Positions 26,857 through 35,700 of a DNA stretch of 64,000 nucleotides are shown here, piece by piece. A model generated the notes under the pieces. The model saw nothing but the letters and a program-made list of their open reading frames with translations, had not been told where the DNA came from and ran no database searches. Both the position numbers and the translations under genes were made by a program. The stretch lies in NCBI GenBank assembly GCA_030681475.1, contig JAUXWT010000055.1, positions 4,914 to 68,913 on the forward strand, written 5' to 3'. Position 1 is the stretch's first letter; each line of letters starts with the position of its first letter. The DNA comes from Bacteroidales bacterium. GTDB taxonomy: Bacteria > Bacteroidota > Bacteroidia > Bacteroidales > FEN-979.

Positions 26857-28163
26857 TGATGAAAATCAAGTCATATACAAAATTAATGATGGCTTTCATC
26901 GGGATCTTTAGCTGGTTTATTGCCAACGGTCAGAAACTACCTGATTCTCTTGATCAATATCTTGCAATTGCGGCGAAAAACAACCCCGCAGTTTTACAGA
27001 AATTTTATGAGTACCAGGCAGCTATGCAAAAAGCGCCTCAGGTTGGAAGTCTGCCCGATCCTGAATTGACCCTGGGTGTTTTGGTCAAACCAATGGAACT
27101 GGTGAACGGAAAGCAGGTAGCGGACATCCGGCTGATGCAGATGTTCCCCTGGTTTGGCACACTGAGGGCGGCAAAAGATGAGATGAGCCTGATGGCCAAT
27201 GCAAAATTCGAATCGTTCAGGGATGCCAAACTTCAGGTGTATTTCGATGTGAAACGTAACTGGTACGAATTGCAGAAAGTGAAGGAAAACATTCAAATCT
27301 CCGAACGAAATGTTGAAATATTAAAAGTTATTGAACGGCTTACCCTGGTTAAATTTAAGGCTATGCCGTCGGGTGGCAACAGTTCTTCATCTGGTGGTTC
27401 CGGATTGGCTGATCTGTACCGTATTCAGATCGACATCGGCGACCTTGAAAACAACATCGTACTATTAAAAACTCAGCAAATATCCATAGAAGCGCGTTTC
27501 AATGCCTTCCTGAACCGGCCGTCTGAGATGAAGGTCTATCTTCCCGAAACTATCCTTGCCGAATCCCCTGATATCTCGATTACGACGTTGACGGATAGCA
27601 TGTTTATGCACAATCCGATGCTTGAAATGCTCCTGTATGAGCAAAAATCGCTGGAAGCCCGGAAGAAAATGGTTACCCTGATGGGTTACCCGATGATAGG
27701 GCTGGGCGTGAATTATTCTGTGAACAGCAAAAACAGCATGTCCGGCTCACCTATGAACGGCAAGGATATGATCATGCCAATGGCGACCATTACTTTACCG
27801 ATCTACAGGGGAAAATACAATGCCATGAAATTTGAGGCAGAGTTGTTAAGATCAGCAAGTGAACAGGATTACCAGTCAACATCAAACACATTGAATACAG
27901 AATATTACGAAGCCATTCAACTATTCACGGATGGACAGCGTAGAATTACATTATACGACAGTCAAAGCGACCTTACAAAAAAAACACTTGATATCATGCT
28001 GAAAAATTTTACCACCGGCGGTACATCGCTGACAGATATTCTGCGTATCCGGCAACAACTGCTTGATTATGAGTTTAAACAAACAGAAGCGCTGACTGAT
28101 TACAACACGGCCATTGCATGGTTGCAGCGCCTGATTGCATCATCATCCATTCAAGAAAAATGA
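26856..28163 (+). CDS. TolC-family outer-membrane efflux protein
   Basis: Signal peptide, then two-repeat coiled-coil/beta-barrel OMF layout (LDQYLAIAAKNNP...; ...TDYNTAIAWLQRL). The ATG overlaps the pump's TAA by 1 nt. Confidence 0.8.
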   Translation: MMKIKSYTKLMMAFIGIFSWFIANGQKLPDSLDQYLAIAAKNNPAVLQKFYEYQAAMQKAPQVGSLPDPELTLGVLVKPMELVNGKQVADIRLMQMFPWFGTLRAAKDEMSLMANAKFESFRDAKLQVYFDVKRNWYELQKVKENIQISERNVEILKVIERLTLVKFKAMPSGGNSSSSGGSGLADLYRIQIDIGDLENNIVLLKTQQISIEARFNAFLNRPSEMKVYLPETILAESPDISITTLTDSMFMHNPMLEMLLYEQKSLEARKKMVTLMGYPMIGLGVNYSVNSKNSMSGSPMNGKDMIMPMATITLPIYRGKYNAMKFEAELLRSASEQDYQSTSNTLNTEYYEAIQLFTDGQRRITLYDSQSDLTKKTLDIMLKNFTTGGTSLTDILRIRQQLLDYEFKQTEALTDYNTAIAWLQRLIASSSIQEK

Positions 28164-28204
28164 AGACAATGAAGACTATGAAATCAATGAAGACAATGAA
28201 GGTA
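28160..28204 (+). repeat. Five tandem 9-nt units each starting with ATG (ATGAAGACA-type) at the adaptor gene start
   Basis: ATGAAGACA ATGAAGACT ATGAAATCA ATGAAGACA ATGAAGGTA, encoding MKT MKT MKS MKT MKV. Confidence 0.9.
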
Positions 28205-29818
28205 ATCTTATTTAACAAGTACCTCCTTTTTGGAATGTTTGCCATGGCAGGACTTTTTATTGGCTGGTTATTATTCCATTCTTCCGGCAAGGTGGATGAA
28301 AAACATGAACATACAACAGAGGAAGTTCAGTCAACCATTTGGACCTGTGCCATGCACCCACAAATACGCATGGATGCGCCAGGTGATTGTCCGATCTGTG
28401 GCATGGAGCTGATCCCATTGAATAACAACCCTGCTGCCATTGACCCGGAGGCGATCCAACTCACCAAAGAGGCGGCACAGCTTGCCAATGTATTAACTTC
28501 GGTGGTGACCCGGCAAAAACCGGTCAAAGAGGTTCGCTTGTATGGCAAGGTTCAGGCCGATGAACGGCTGTTACAAAACCAGGTGGCCCACATTCCAGGG
28601 CGTATTGAGAAACTGATGGTAAACTTCACCGGTGAAACTGTCAAAAAAGGTCAGACCCTGGCCTTGATATATTCCCCTGAATTGGTTACATCGCAGCAGG
28701 AATTGCTGGAAGCATCGAAATCAAAAGTAACTCAACCGGAGATTTATGAGGCTGCAAAGGAAAAATTGCGGCTTTGGAAGTTAACAGACGATCAAATTTC
28801 TGCCATCGAACGGTCAGGGAGTGTTCAAACAAATTTCGAGGTAGTTTCAACTGCCTCCGGTATCGTTTTATCAAGACGGGTAAACAACGGTGACTATATA
28901 TCACAAGGCACTGTTTTATATGATCTTGCCGATCTTTCCACTGTGTGGGTGATGTTTGATGCGTATGAGAGTGACCTGCCGTTTCTGAAAACGGGAGATA
29001 AACTGACCTTTACGATCCAGGCCATGCCCGGACAGAACTACACGGGTAAAATAATCTTTATTGACCCTGTAGTTGATGCGGCAACGCGTGTTTCAAAAGT
29101 AAGAGTTGAGATCAACAATCAAACCGGAAAATTAAAACCGGAGATGTTTGCCACGGGCATCGTCCATGCCAACATGACTGACTTTAAAGATAAAATGGTA
29201 ATCCCCCGTTCAGCCGTGTTGTGGACAGGAAAGCGTTCCATCGTGTATGTGAAGCAACCTGACAGCGACGAGCCGGTTTTTAAAATTCGCGAAATCGGGC
29301 TTGGACCTATGCTTGGCAACAGTTACATCGTTGCAGATGGACTGTTGGAAGGAGAAGAGATCGTCACGCAGGGGACATTCAGCGTGGATGCTGCAGCCCA
29401 ACTAGAAGGCAAGCCAAGCATGATGAATCCTTCGGGAGGAAAATTATCAACGATGCCCGGGATGGATATGCCGGGCGATGCAAAGCCATCGGATGGTCAA
29501 AAAATGGCCGGTATGGATACACCGGAAGATAATAAAATGGAGGACAACAAAATGATAAAACACGAAATGTTCGCTGTATCCGGAAATTGTGAAATGTGCA
29601 AAGACCGGATCGAAAAGGCTGCAAAATCGGTCAAAGGCGTGAGATCAGCTTCATGGGATGTAAAGACAAAGAAAATTCATATCGAATTCGATCCCAGGAA
29701 GTCAGATTTACAAACAATTCAAAAGGCAATTGCCAAAGCCGGACATGATAACGGAAAATTCAAGGCCGACGATAAAACGTACGAGAGTTTGCCGGAATGC
29801 TGTCATTACAGGAAGTAG
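28160..29818 (+). CDS. CusB-like RND periplasmic adaptor with N-terminal CPxCGM metal module, Met-rich segment and C-terminal HMA-like domain
   Basis: ATG at 28160 overlaps the OMF stop (ATGA). WTCAMHPQIRMDAPGDCPICGMELI, then an adaptor core. Met-rich segment MPGMDMPGDAKPSDGQKMAGMDTPEDNKMEDNKM. C-terminal GNCEMCKDRIEKAAKSVKGV...CCHY. Confidence 0.85.
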   Translation: MKTMKTMKSMKTMKVILFNKYLLFGMFAMAGLFIGWLLFHSSGKVDEKHEHTTEEVQSTIWTCAMHPQIRMDAPGDCPICGMELIPLNNNPAAIDPEAIQLTKEAAQLANVLTSVVTRQKPVKEVRLYGKVQADERLLQNQVAHIPGRIEKLMVNFTGETVKKGQTLALIYSPELVTSQQELLEASKSKVTQPEIYEAAKEKLRLWKLTDDQISAIERSGSVQTNFEVVSTASGIVLSRRVNNGDYISQGTVLYDLADLSTVWVMFDAYESDLPFLKTGDKLTFTIQAMPGQNYTGKIIFIDPVVDAATRVSKVRVEINNQTGKLKPEMFATGIVHANMTDFKDKMVIPRSAVLWTGKRSIVYVKQPDSDEPVFKIREIGLGPMLGNSYIVADGLLEGEEIVTQGTFSVDAAAQLEGKPSMMNPSGGKLSTMPGMDMPGDAKPSDGQKMAGMDTPEDNKMEDNKMIKHEMFAVSGNCEMCKDRIEKAAKSVKGVRSASWDVKTKKIHIEFDPRKSDLQTIQKAIAKAGHDNGKFKADDKTYESLPECCHYRK

Positions 29819-29820
29819 GG

Positions 29821-29841
29821 CAAATGACAAATGACAAGTAA
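29821..29841 (+). repeat. Short tandem heptamer repeat just after a stop codon
   Basis: CAAATGA CAAATGA CAAGTAA begins 3 nt after the TAG at 29816-29818. Confidence 0.6.
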
Positions 29842-29872
29842 CATTCATTATTAACAATTAAATCTAAAAACA

Positions 29873-30220
29873 ATGAAAACAAAAACCATTATGTTAGTAG
29901 CAGGTCTGTTGTTATTCAGCATGACTGCAATGTTTGCCAATGAGGCAAAAACAGAAAAAATCAAAGTTTACGGAAACTGTGGCATGTGCAAAAGCCGGAT
30001 TGAGAAGGCTGCCAAATCGGTGAAAGGCGTTATCAAGGCCACGTGGGATGATGAGGATGCCATGTTAACCGTGACCTTCGATGACACAAAGACAACAACC
30101 CTGAAGATCGAAGAGGCCGTTGCAAAGGTCGGACACGATACAGATCACACCAAGGCTGCCGACAAAGTTTACAATGCATTGCCAGGTTGTTGTCAATATG
30201 ACAGGCCCGAAAAAAAATAA
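29873..30220 (+). CDS. Secreted single-domain HMA-like metal-binding protein (periplasmic metallochaperone candidate)
   Basis: Signal peptide. GNCGMCKSRIEKAAKSVKGV...GHDTDHTKAADKVYNALPGCCQYD closely parallels the C-terminal domain of the preceding adaptor. Confidence 0.7.
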   Translation: MKTKTIMLVAGLLLFSMTAMFANEAKTEKIKVYGNCGMCKSRIEKAAKSVKGVIKATWDDEDAMLTVTFDDTKTTTLKIEEAVAKVGHDTDHTKAADKVYNALPGCCQYDRPEKK

Positions 30221-30247
30221 CATTGTACTATCCAGGAAGGAGCTATC

Positions 30248-30427
30248 ATGAAACTAATAAAAGCATATATCAGGCACAGGATGTTTGACAAGGTTTACCA
30301 TACCATAAGGGAAAATGTGTATAAAGTCAGGACTGACGAAGAGGTATATTGGTTATATAAGAAAAGGGCGATTTCGGGATCTATTTTGAAACAATTTAAA
30401 AATACATCAGCGTATATATATTCTTAG
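30248..30427 (+). pseudogene. Possible relic of a P-II-like gene (59 codons)
   Basis: My own translation: MKLIKAYIRHRMFDKVYHTIRE|NVYKVRTDEE... The N-terminus resembles the P-II start (MKkIeAiIkPfkLDdV) and VRTDEE resembles the P-II C-terminal RIRTGEE. The ~75 residues normally between them are missing. Confidence 0.25.
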
Positions 30428-30428
30428 C

Positions 30429-32696
30429 ATGAAACTTCACCACAAACCACATTCTCAAATGGATACAAAACAAGGGAAATACTACTGCCCCATGCATTGC
30501 GAAGGGGATAAAACCTACGATAAATCTGGTGATTGTCCGGTTTGCGGTATGCACCTGAAAAAGCTCGAGGCAATATCCAAACCTGGTATAATTTATACCT
30601 GCCCAATGCACCCCGAAGTGAAACAAGACCATCCCGGCAACTGCCCAAAATGTGGGATGACACTGGTTCCGGAAAAAGGTGCAGAAATAAGCGAAGAAGA
30701 AAATTCTTACGGGAAAATGGCGAAAAAATTCTGGATTGCTTTAGCATTTACTGTTCCGGTATTTCTCATTGCAATGTCAGATCTTATCCCTTTTCTTCAT
30801 CTCGAATCGATTGTTTCAAAAAAAATTCTGAATTGGGTTGGATTCGGTTTAGCCACACCTGTGGTTTTTTATTCAGGCTGGCAATTCTTTATACGCGGGT
30901 GGAGTTCCATACGAAGATGGTCACCCAACATGTGGACACTTATTTCAATCGGAGTGGGTGCAGCCTACCTTTTCAGTGTTTTTGCCCTGTTTTTCCCAGG
31001 AATATTTCCATCTCAGTTCAAAGATGCAAACGGTAATGTCCACCTTTATTTCGAGGCAGCAGCAATTATTTTAACTCTGGTGCTTCTTGGGCAGGTATTG
31101 GAACTTAGGGCACACAGTAAAACAAATTCAGCAATCAAAGCCTTACTTGGGCTGGTACCACCCGTTGCCCGGGTTATCAGGAACGGTACGGAAGAAGAAA
31201 TTCCATTGGAAGAGGTAAAGGCGGGCGACCTCCTGAAAGTAAAGCCCGGGGAGAAAATCCCAGTTGATGGGATGATCTTTAAAGGAGATGCGATCATTGA
31301 TGAAAGCATGATCACCGGTGAACCGATGCCTGTTGAAAAGTCAAAAGATGATAAAGTAACCGCAGGTACCATCAATGGCAAAACCGCCTTTGAAATGAAA
31401 GCCGAGAAAGTGGGCAGTGATACGCTATTGGCTCAAATCATCGAAATGGTAAACAAGGCCAGCCGGTCGCGAGCGCCTATCCAGAAACTGGCTGATACAG
31501 TGGCTAAATACTTTGTCCAGATCGTGATTTCCATAGCAATAATCACCTTTGCCATTTGGGCATACTGGGGCCCGGAGCCGGCTTATGTATATGCTTTTGT
31601 AAATGCCGTTGCCGTTTTAATCATTGCCTGTCCATGCGCTCTGGGACTTGCAACCCCCATGTCGATTATGGTGGGAACAGGCCGTGGAGCCCAATCCGGT
31701 GTGCTGGTTAAAGATGCCCGTGCGATTGAGGAGATGAATAAAGTTGATATCCTTATCATTGATAAAACCGGCACCATTACCGAAGGGAAACCCAGTCTGA
31801 ATGGTTTTAAATCCTTTGGTGAAATGAGTGACCTGGAAATATTGCAACTGGCAGCTTCTGTTGATTCCAATAGTGAACATCCGCTGGCTGATGCTATTGT
31901 GGCCGGCGCTAAGGCCAACAACCTGGAACTTCTGACCCTCGACAAATTTGAATCGGTAACCGGCAAAGGGGTACAGGCGATTTATCAGGGGGGGAAAATC
32001 GGGTTGGGAAACCACCGGCTGATTGACGATTTTAAAACTTCCCTGTCAAAAGAACAGAAGGAACTGGCAGAAACATGGCAAATGAAAGGGCAGACTGTCA
32101 TGTATCTGATCATCCAACAACAAATAGAAGGTATTGTAAGCGTTTCCGACAAAATAAAGGAGACCTCGTCCGATGCCATAAAGACCCTGCAGAAAATGGG
32201 GATAAGCGTCCATATGCTGACCGGAGATAATCCATTAACAGCTAAAACAGTAGCTGAAGAACTGGGGCTGGATGGTTTTATGGCCGATTGTTTGCCCGAA
32301 GACAAATATAACAAAGTAAAAACACTGCAGGAACAGGGCCACGTAGTTGCCATGGCCGGCGATGGAATCAATGATGCCCCGGCGCTCGAGCAGGCCAATG
32401 TAGGCATTGCCATGGGTACCGGTACCGATATTGCCATGCAGAGCGCTGAAATCACACTGGTAAAGGGAGATTTGAACGGGATTGTCAGGGCACGTGATCT
32501 AAGCATGAAGGTGATGAGGAACATTAAACAGAATCTGTTTTTTGCCTTTGTATATAATGCCTTAGGAGTTCCAATAGCTGCCGGAATTTTATTCCCGTTC
32601 TTCGGGATATTGCTTAGCCCGATATTGGCGGCTACAGCAATGAGTTTCAGTTCAGTATCTGTTATTGCCAACGCTCTGCGCCTGAGAAATAGATAA
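30429..32696 (+). CDS. copA: Copper/silver-translocating P1B-type ATPase with two N-terminal CPxCGM metal modules
   Basis: YYCPMHCEGD..GDCPVCGMHL and YTCPMHPEVKQDHPGNCPKCGMTLV. TGEP, ACPCALGLATP (CPC), DKTGTIT, GDGINDAP. TM7 YN and TM8 MSFSS are consistent with the P1B-1 class. Confidence 0.9.
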   Translation: MKLHHKPHSQMDTKQGKYYCPMHCEGDKTYDKSGDCPVCGMHLKKLEAISKPGIIYTCPMHPEVKQDHPGNCPKCGMTLVPEKGAEISEEENSYGKMAKKFWIALAFTVPVFLIAMSDLIPFLHLESIVSKKILNWVGFGLATPVVFYSGWQFFIRGWSSIRRWSPNMWTLISIGVGAAYLFSVFALFFPGIFPSQFKDANGNVHLYFEAAAIILTLVLLGQVLELRAHSKTNSAIKALLGLVPPVARVIRNGTEEEIPLEEVKAGDLLKVKPGEKIPVDGMIFKGDAIIDESMITGEPMPVEKSKDDKVTAGTINGKTAFEMKAEKVGSDTLLAQIIEMVNKASRSRAPIQKLADTVAKYFVQIVISIAIITFAIWAYWGPEPAYVYAFVNAVAVLIIACPCALGLATPMSIMVGTGRGAQSGVLVKDARAIEEMNKVDILIIDKTGTITEGKPSLNGFKSFGEMSDLEILQLAASVDSNSEHPLADAIVAGAKANNLELLTLDKFESVTGKGVQAIYQGGKIGLGNHRLIDDFKTSLSKEQKELAETWQMKGQTVMYLIIQQQIEGIVSVSDKIKETSSDAIKTLQKMGISVHMLTGDNPLTAKTVAEELGLDGFMADCLPEDKYNKVKTLQEQGHVVAMAGDGINDAPALEQANVGIAMGTGTDIAMQSAEITLVKGDLNGIVRARDLSMKVMRNIKQNLFFAFVYNALGVPIAAGILFPFFGILLSPILAATAMSFSSVSVIANALRLRNR

Positions 32697-32726
32697 TCAC
32701 AGATAACATTTTCTTGGCCATGAAAT

Positions 32727-32734
32727 TAAATTTG
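32727..32734 (+). promoter_or_regulatory. Candidate -7 promoter box (TAAATTTG) ahead of the XRE-cupin/aminomutase operon
   Basis: Matches TAnnTTTG, 45 nt upstream of the ATG at 32779. Confidence 0.3.
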
Positions 32735-32778
32735 ATTTACTTTGTGAAGTATTTCTTAATTATGGGTTTTGTTGCGCT

Positions 32779-33330
32779 ATGTTTAAATTAGGAGAGCGGA
32801 TCAGGAAAAGAAGAGAAAACCTGAATATCCAAACCAACGACCTGGCATTTCTAATTGGGGTGACGCCCAGTCTGATCTCACAGATTGAACGTGCAAAAGC
32901 ATTTCCTTCAATCATTACCCTTAAAAAAATAGCTGACGCACTGCAAACCAGTGTTGGTAACCTGATTGGTGAGAATGAAACGTTTTCAAACAACCCGCTG
33001 GTTTCGTTCGATGATAAACGGCTTGTTCAAACCAACGATGAGGGGACAACCCTGTATCTGCTTTCCAATCACGACCAGCATAAGCTTTTCGAACCACATT
33101 TACTGACTTTCCCGCCCGGATCTAATTCAACCGGTTTGATCAACTACGCTGTGGGCCAGAGTTTTTATTATCCAATCATCGGGAGTTTCAAAATTGAGAT
33201 AAATTTTAAAAGTTACATGCTGAGTACCGGGGATAGTTTTTATCTTAACTCAAACTCATATCACACAATTACCAATACAACCCAACAAGAAGCTCATATC
33301 TTATGGATCTCCGCAAATCCTATATTATAA
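32779..33330 (+). CDS. XRE-family HTH transcriptional regulator with C-terminal cupin domain
   Basis: LGERIRKRRENLNIQTNDLAFLIGVTPSLISQIERAKAFPSIITLKKIADAL is an HTH_3 domain. The C-terminal half has cupin-like beta strands (GDSFYLNSNSYHTITN). Confidence 0.8.
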   Translation: MFKLGERIRKRRENLNIQTNDLAFLIGVTPSLISQIERAKAFPSIITLKKIADALQTSVGNLIGENETFSNNPLVSFDDKRLVQTNDEGTTLYLLSNHDQHKLFEPHLLTFPPGSNSTGLINYAVGQSFYYPIIGSFKIEINFKSYMLSTGDSFYLNSNSYHTITNTTQQEAHILWISANPIL

Positions 33331-33363
33331 TCCAAATAAAGTCTGACAAAATAATTCTGAAAC

Positions 33364-34941
33364 ATGAACACTGTACTTTTAAATTCTGTTCCCGACAGCA
33401 CGATCATTCCAGTCCTTGATGTAAAAAAAGTAATCGATCGTTATGGTTACAATGAAGAAACTCAGAACATTTTCAACAGGGAAAATTTACTGCCCGCCGG
33501 TGTTTTGAACCGGTTGCATTCAACATATTCGCAATATACGAGAAAATGGGTTGCCGACGACTTAATCTTCACAGGTAAAGAGCGTTATGAAGGCTTGAAG
33601 GGATTCAGGGAAATCGTTGACTTTTTACTGCTGAATGGAATTGAGATTGGATTTATCGAAGAGCGTGAACTGTTTATCGAAGTTTACCGGTTCCTGGCGA
33701 CCAAACATATATTGAATACGATCGATTGGAAAAACTTCGAATATGATTCCCTGTTTCAATTGGTATTTCCTCAACCTGGAATGATCAATGCGGAGACTGT
33801 CAACAGTTACGTATCGGCGAAAAACGAAGCAGAGAGGATGGCCATCGTTGAAGATTATATAAAGAAAACGAACCCCCATGATGGAAAGCAAAAGCTAAAT
33901 AAACCATGGTTCGTGAATGATTTTGGCGATAAGGAGTTTATTGACGGAAGTCAGCATAAATATCCGCAATGCCAGCTTATTTTCGATAAAACGACGCAAA
34001 ACTGCTTTGCCTTTTGCACCTATTGTTTTCGGCATGCCCAGGTTCGCGGAGACCAGGATATGTTTGTTCAGACCGATATCGGGCAGATCCACGATTATCT
34101 GAAGCGTCACACTGAAATTACCGATGTGCTGATCACCGGCGGCGATGCCGGATTTATTTCCTACGACCGGTTGGAGCAATATGTCACCCCGATCATTGAA
34201 GATCCTGCCCTATTCCATATTAAAACGTTGCGGCTGGGTTCCAGGGCCCTGACCTTTTTTCCCGGGTTGATCCTGTCCGGATCTTACAAAAGGATGTTGG
34301 GACTGTTTGAAAAACTGACTTTAAACGGCATCCAGATTGTCTGGATGGCACATTTTTCCACCCCCCGCGAAGTTCTCAACCCCGGTACCATCGCTGCGAT
34401 CAGAAGATTAAAAGCCCACGGTGTGATTATTAAAAGTCAAAGTCCAATGATGAACCACATCAGTTTATTCACAGATGAAAATGGTGAAGTTGATATTGAC
34501 CGCTCAGCACAAAACTGGATAGATTTAGGCAACATCCTTGCGATGCTATCGGTTGGGTTCCACTCAATTTACTGCGCCCGTCCCACCGGGGAACACCATT
34601 ATTTCACAGCGCCGCTGGCCGATATAAATAAGATATTCTGTAAGGTTTACCGTTCCCTGGCCTCCATCAACCGGCCTTCCAGGTATATCACCATGACCTC
34701 TTCGGCCGGAAAAACTTCATTGTTGGGTACAACCCAAGTCGGTGGCGAAACCGCTTTTGTCTTAAAATTCAATGAAAGCAGGAACATGGAGTGGATGGAT
34801 AAGGTGTACCTGGCAAAATATGATGAAACAACCACAGTCATTGAAAAACTGAAACCTTTCGACACTGATGCATATTTCTATGAAAAAGAACTAAACCAAA
34901 TTGAATCTGACCTTCAGATGCAAATGGATACGAATGATTAA
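33364..34941 (+). CDS. KamA-family radical-SAM amino acid 2,3-aminomutase-like protein (525 aa, divergent)
   Basis: CFAFCTYCFRH (CxxxCxxC) preceded by HKYPQCQLIF (cf. RYPDRVLL). ITGGDAG SAM-binding motif. SSAGKTS as candidate PLP-lysine context. Longer N-terminus, and no C-terminal Cys cluster seen. Confidence 0.8.
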   Translation: MNTVLLNSVPDSTIIPVLDVKKVIDRYGYNEETQNIFNRENLLPAGVLNRLHSTYSQYTRKWVADDLIFTGKERYEGLKGFREIVDFLLLNGIEIGFIEERELFIEVYRFLATKHILNTIDWKNFEYDSLFQLVFPQPGMINAETVNSYVSAKNEAERMAIVEDYIKKTNPHDGKQKLNKPWFVNDFGDKEFIDGSQHKYPQCQLIFDKTTQNCFAFCTYCFRHAQVRGDQDMFVQTDIGQIHDYLKRHTEITDVLITGGDAGFISYDRLEQYVTPIIEDPALFHIKTLRLGSRALTFFPGLILSGSYKRMLGLFEKLTLNGIQIVWMAHFSTPREVLNPGTIAAIRRLKAHGVIIKSQSPMMNHISLFTDENGEVDIDRSAQNWIDLGNILAMLSVGFHSIYCARPTGEHHYFTAPLADINKIFCKVYRSLASINRPSRYITMTSSAGKTSLLGTTQVGGETAFVLKFNESRNMEWMDKVYLAKYDETTTVIEKLKPFDTDAYFYEKELNQIESDLQMQMDTND

Positions 34942-34983
34942 TAAAACCGGAAATAAATCAATACAAGTTATTTTTAAGAAAAT

Positions 34984-35700
34984 ATGATAAATAAGATTTT
35001 TCAGTCTGCTGCTGATGCGGTTGAAGATATTTCAGACGGTTCTGTTGTGATGATCAGCGGATTCGGTGAAGCCGGGAGTCCGATAGAACTGATCCATGCG
35101 TTGGTTGACCGGGGTGCGAAAAACCTTACCGTGGTGAGTAACAACACCGGCAGCGGCAATGTTGGACTTGCCGCGTTGATTGAGAACAGGCAGGTCGGCA
35201 AAATGATCTGCTCCTTTCCGAGAACGGCTAATTCTACTGTATTTCCCGAGCTATATCGCAAGGGGGAGATAGAACTGGAACTGGTACCCCAGGGAACCCT
35301 TGCAGAACGGATCAGGGCAGGAGGCGCGGGGATCCCTGCGTTTTATACCCCCACTGCAGTTGATACACCGCTTTCCGAAGGAAAGGAGGTGCGTATCTTT
35401 AATGGTATCAGATATATCCTGGAATCCGCTATAAAAGCTGATTTCGCCCTTGTTAAGTGCAAATCTGCCGACCGTCTTGGTAATCTGATCTATAACAAAA
35501 CGGCAAGAAATTTTGGGCCGGTCATGTGCATGGCCGCGAAGACCTGCATTGTTCAGGCCAGGGAAATAGTTGAGCAGGGTAAAATAGATCCGGAAGCGGT
35601 CGTCACGCCAGGTATTTTTGTAACGAGGATTGTTGAAATCCCGCATCCTGCCCACGAATCACAACTTGTATTGGAAAACAGGAGGTACCCATGGATATAG
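34984..35700 (+). CDS. 3-oxoacid CoA-transferase, subunit A
   Basis: DGSVVMISGFGEAGSPIELIHAL, QGTLAERIRAGGAGIPAFYTPT. Typical family I CoA-transferase alpha subunit. Confidence 0.85.
   Translation: MINKIFQSAADAVEDISDGSVVMISGFGEAGSPIELIHALVDRGAKNLTVVSNNTGSGNVGLAALIENRQVGKMICSFPRTANSTVFPELYRKGEIELELVPQGTLAERIRAGGAGIPAFYTPTAVDTPLSEGKEVRIFNGIRYILESAIKADFALVKCKSADRLGNLIYNKTARNFGPVMCMAAKTCIVQAREIVEQGKIDPEAVVTPGIFVTRIVEIPHPAHESQLVLENRRYPWI

Noticed and set aside
31985-32671. 228-aa minus-strand ORF inside the P-type ATPase gene (also 31583..31966 and 31617..32015)
   Set aside because: Fully embedded antisense to a gene with unambiguous P1B-ATPase motifs. Ala/Ser/Pro-rich mirror-frame composition, with no start context or family signature.
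11653-32696. Heavy-metal region considered as a mobile genomic island / ICE
   Set aside because: No integrase, transposase, relaxase, tRNA target or flanking direct repeats are visible in the window. Mobility is not supported by what I can see.
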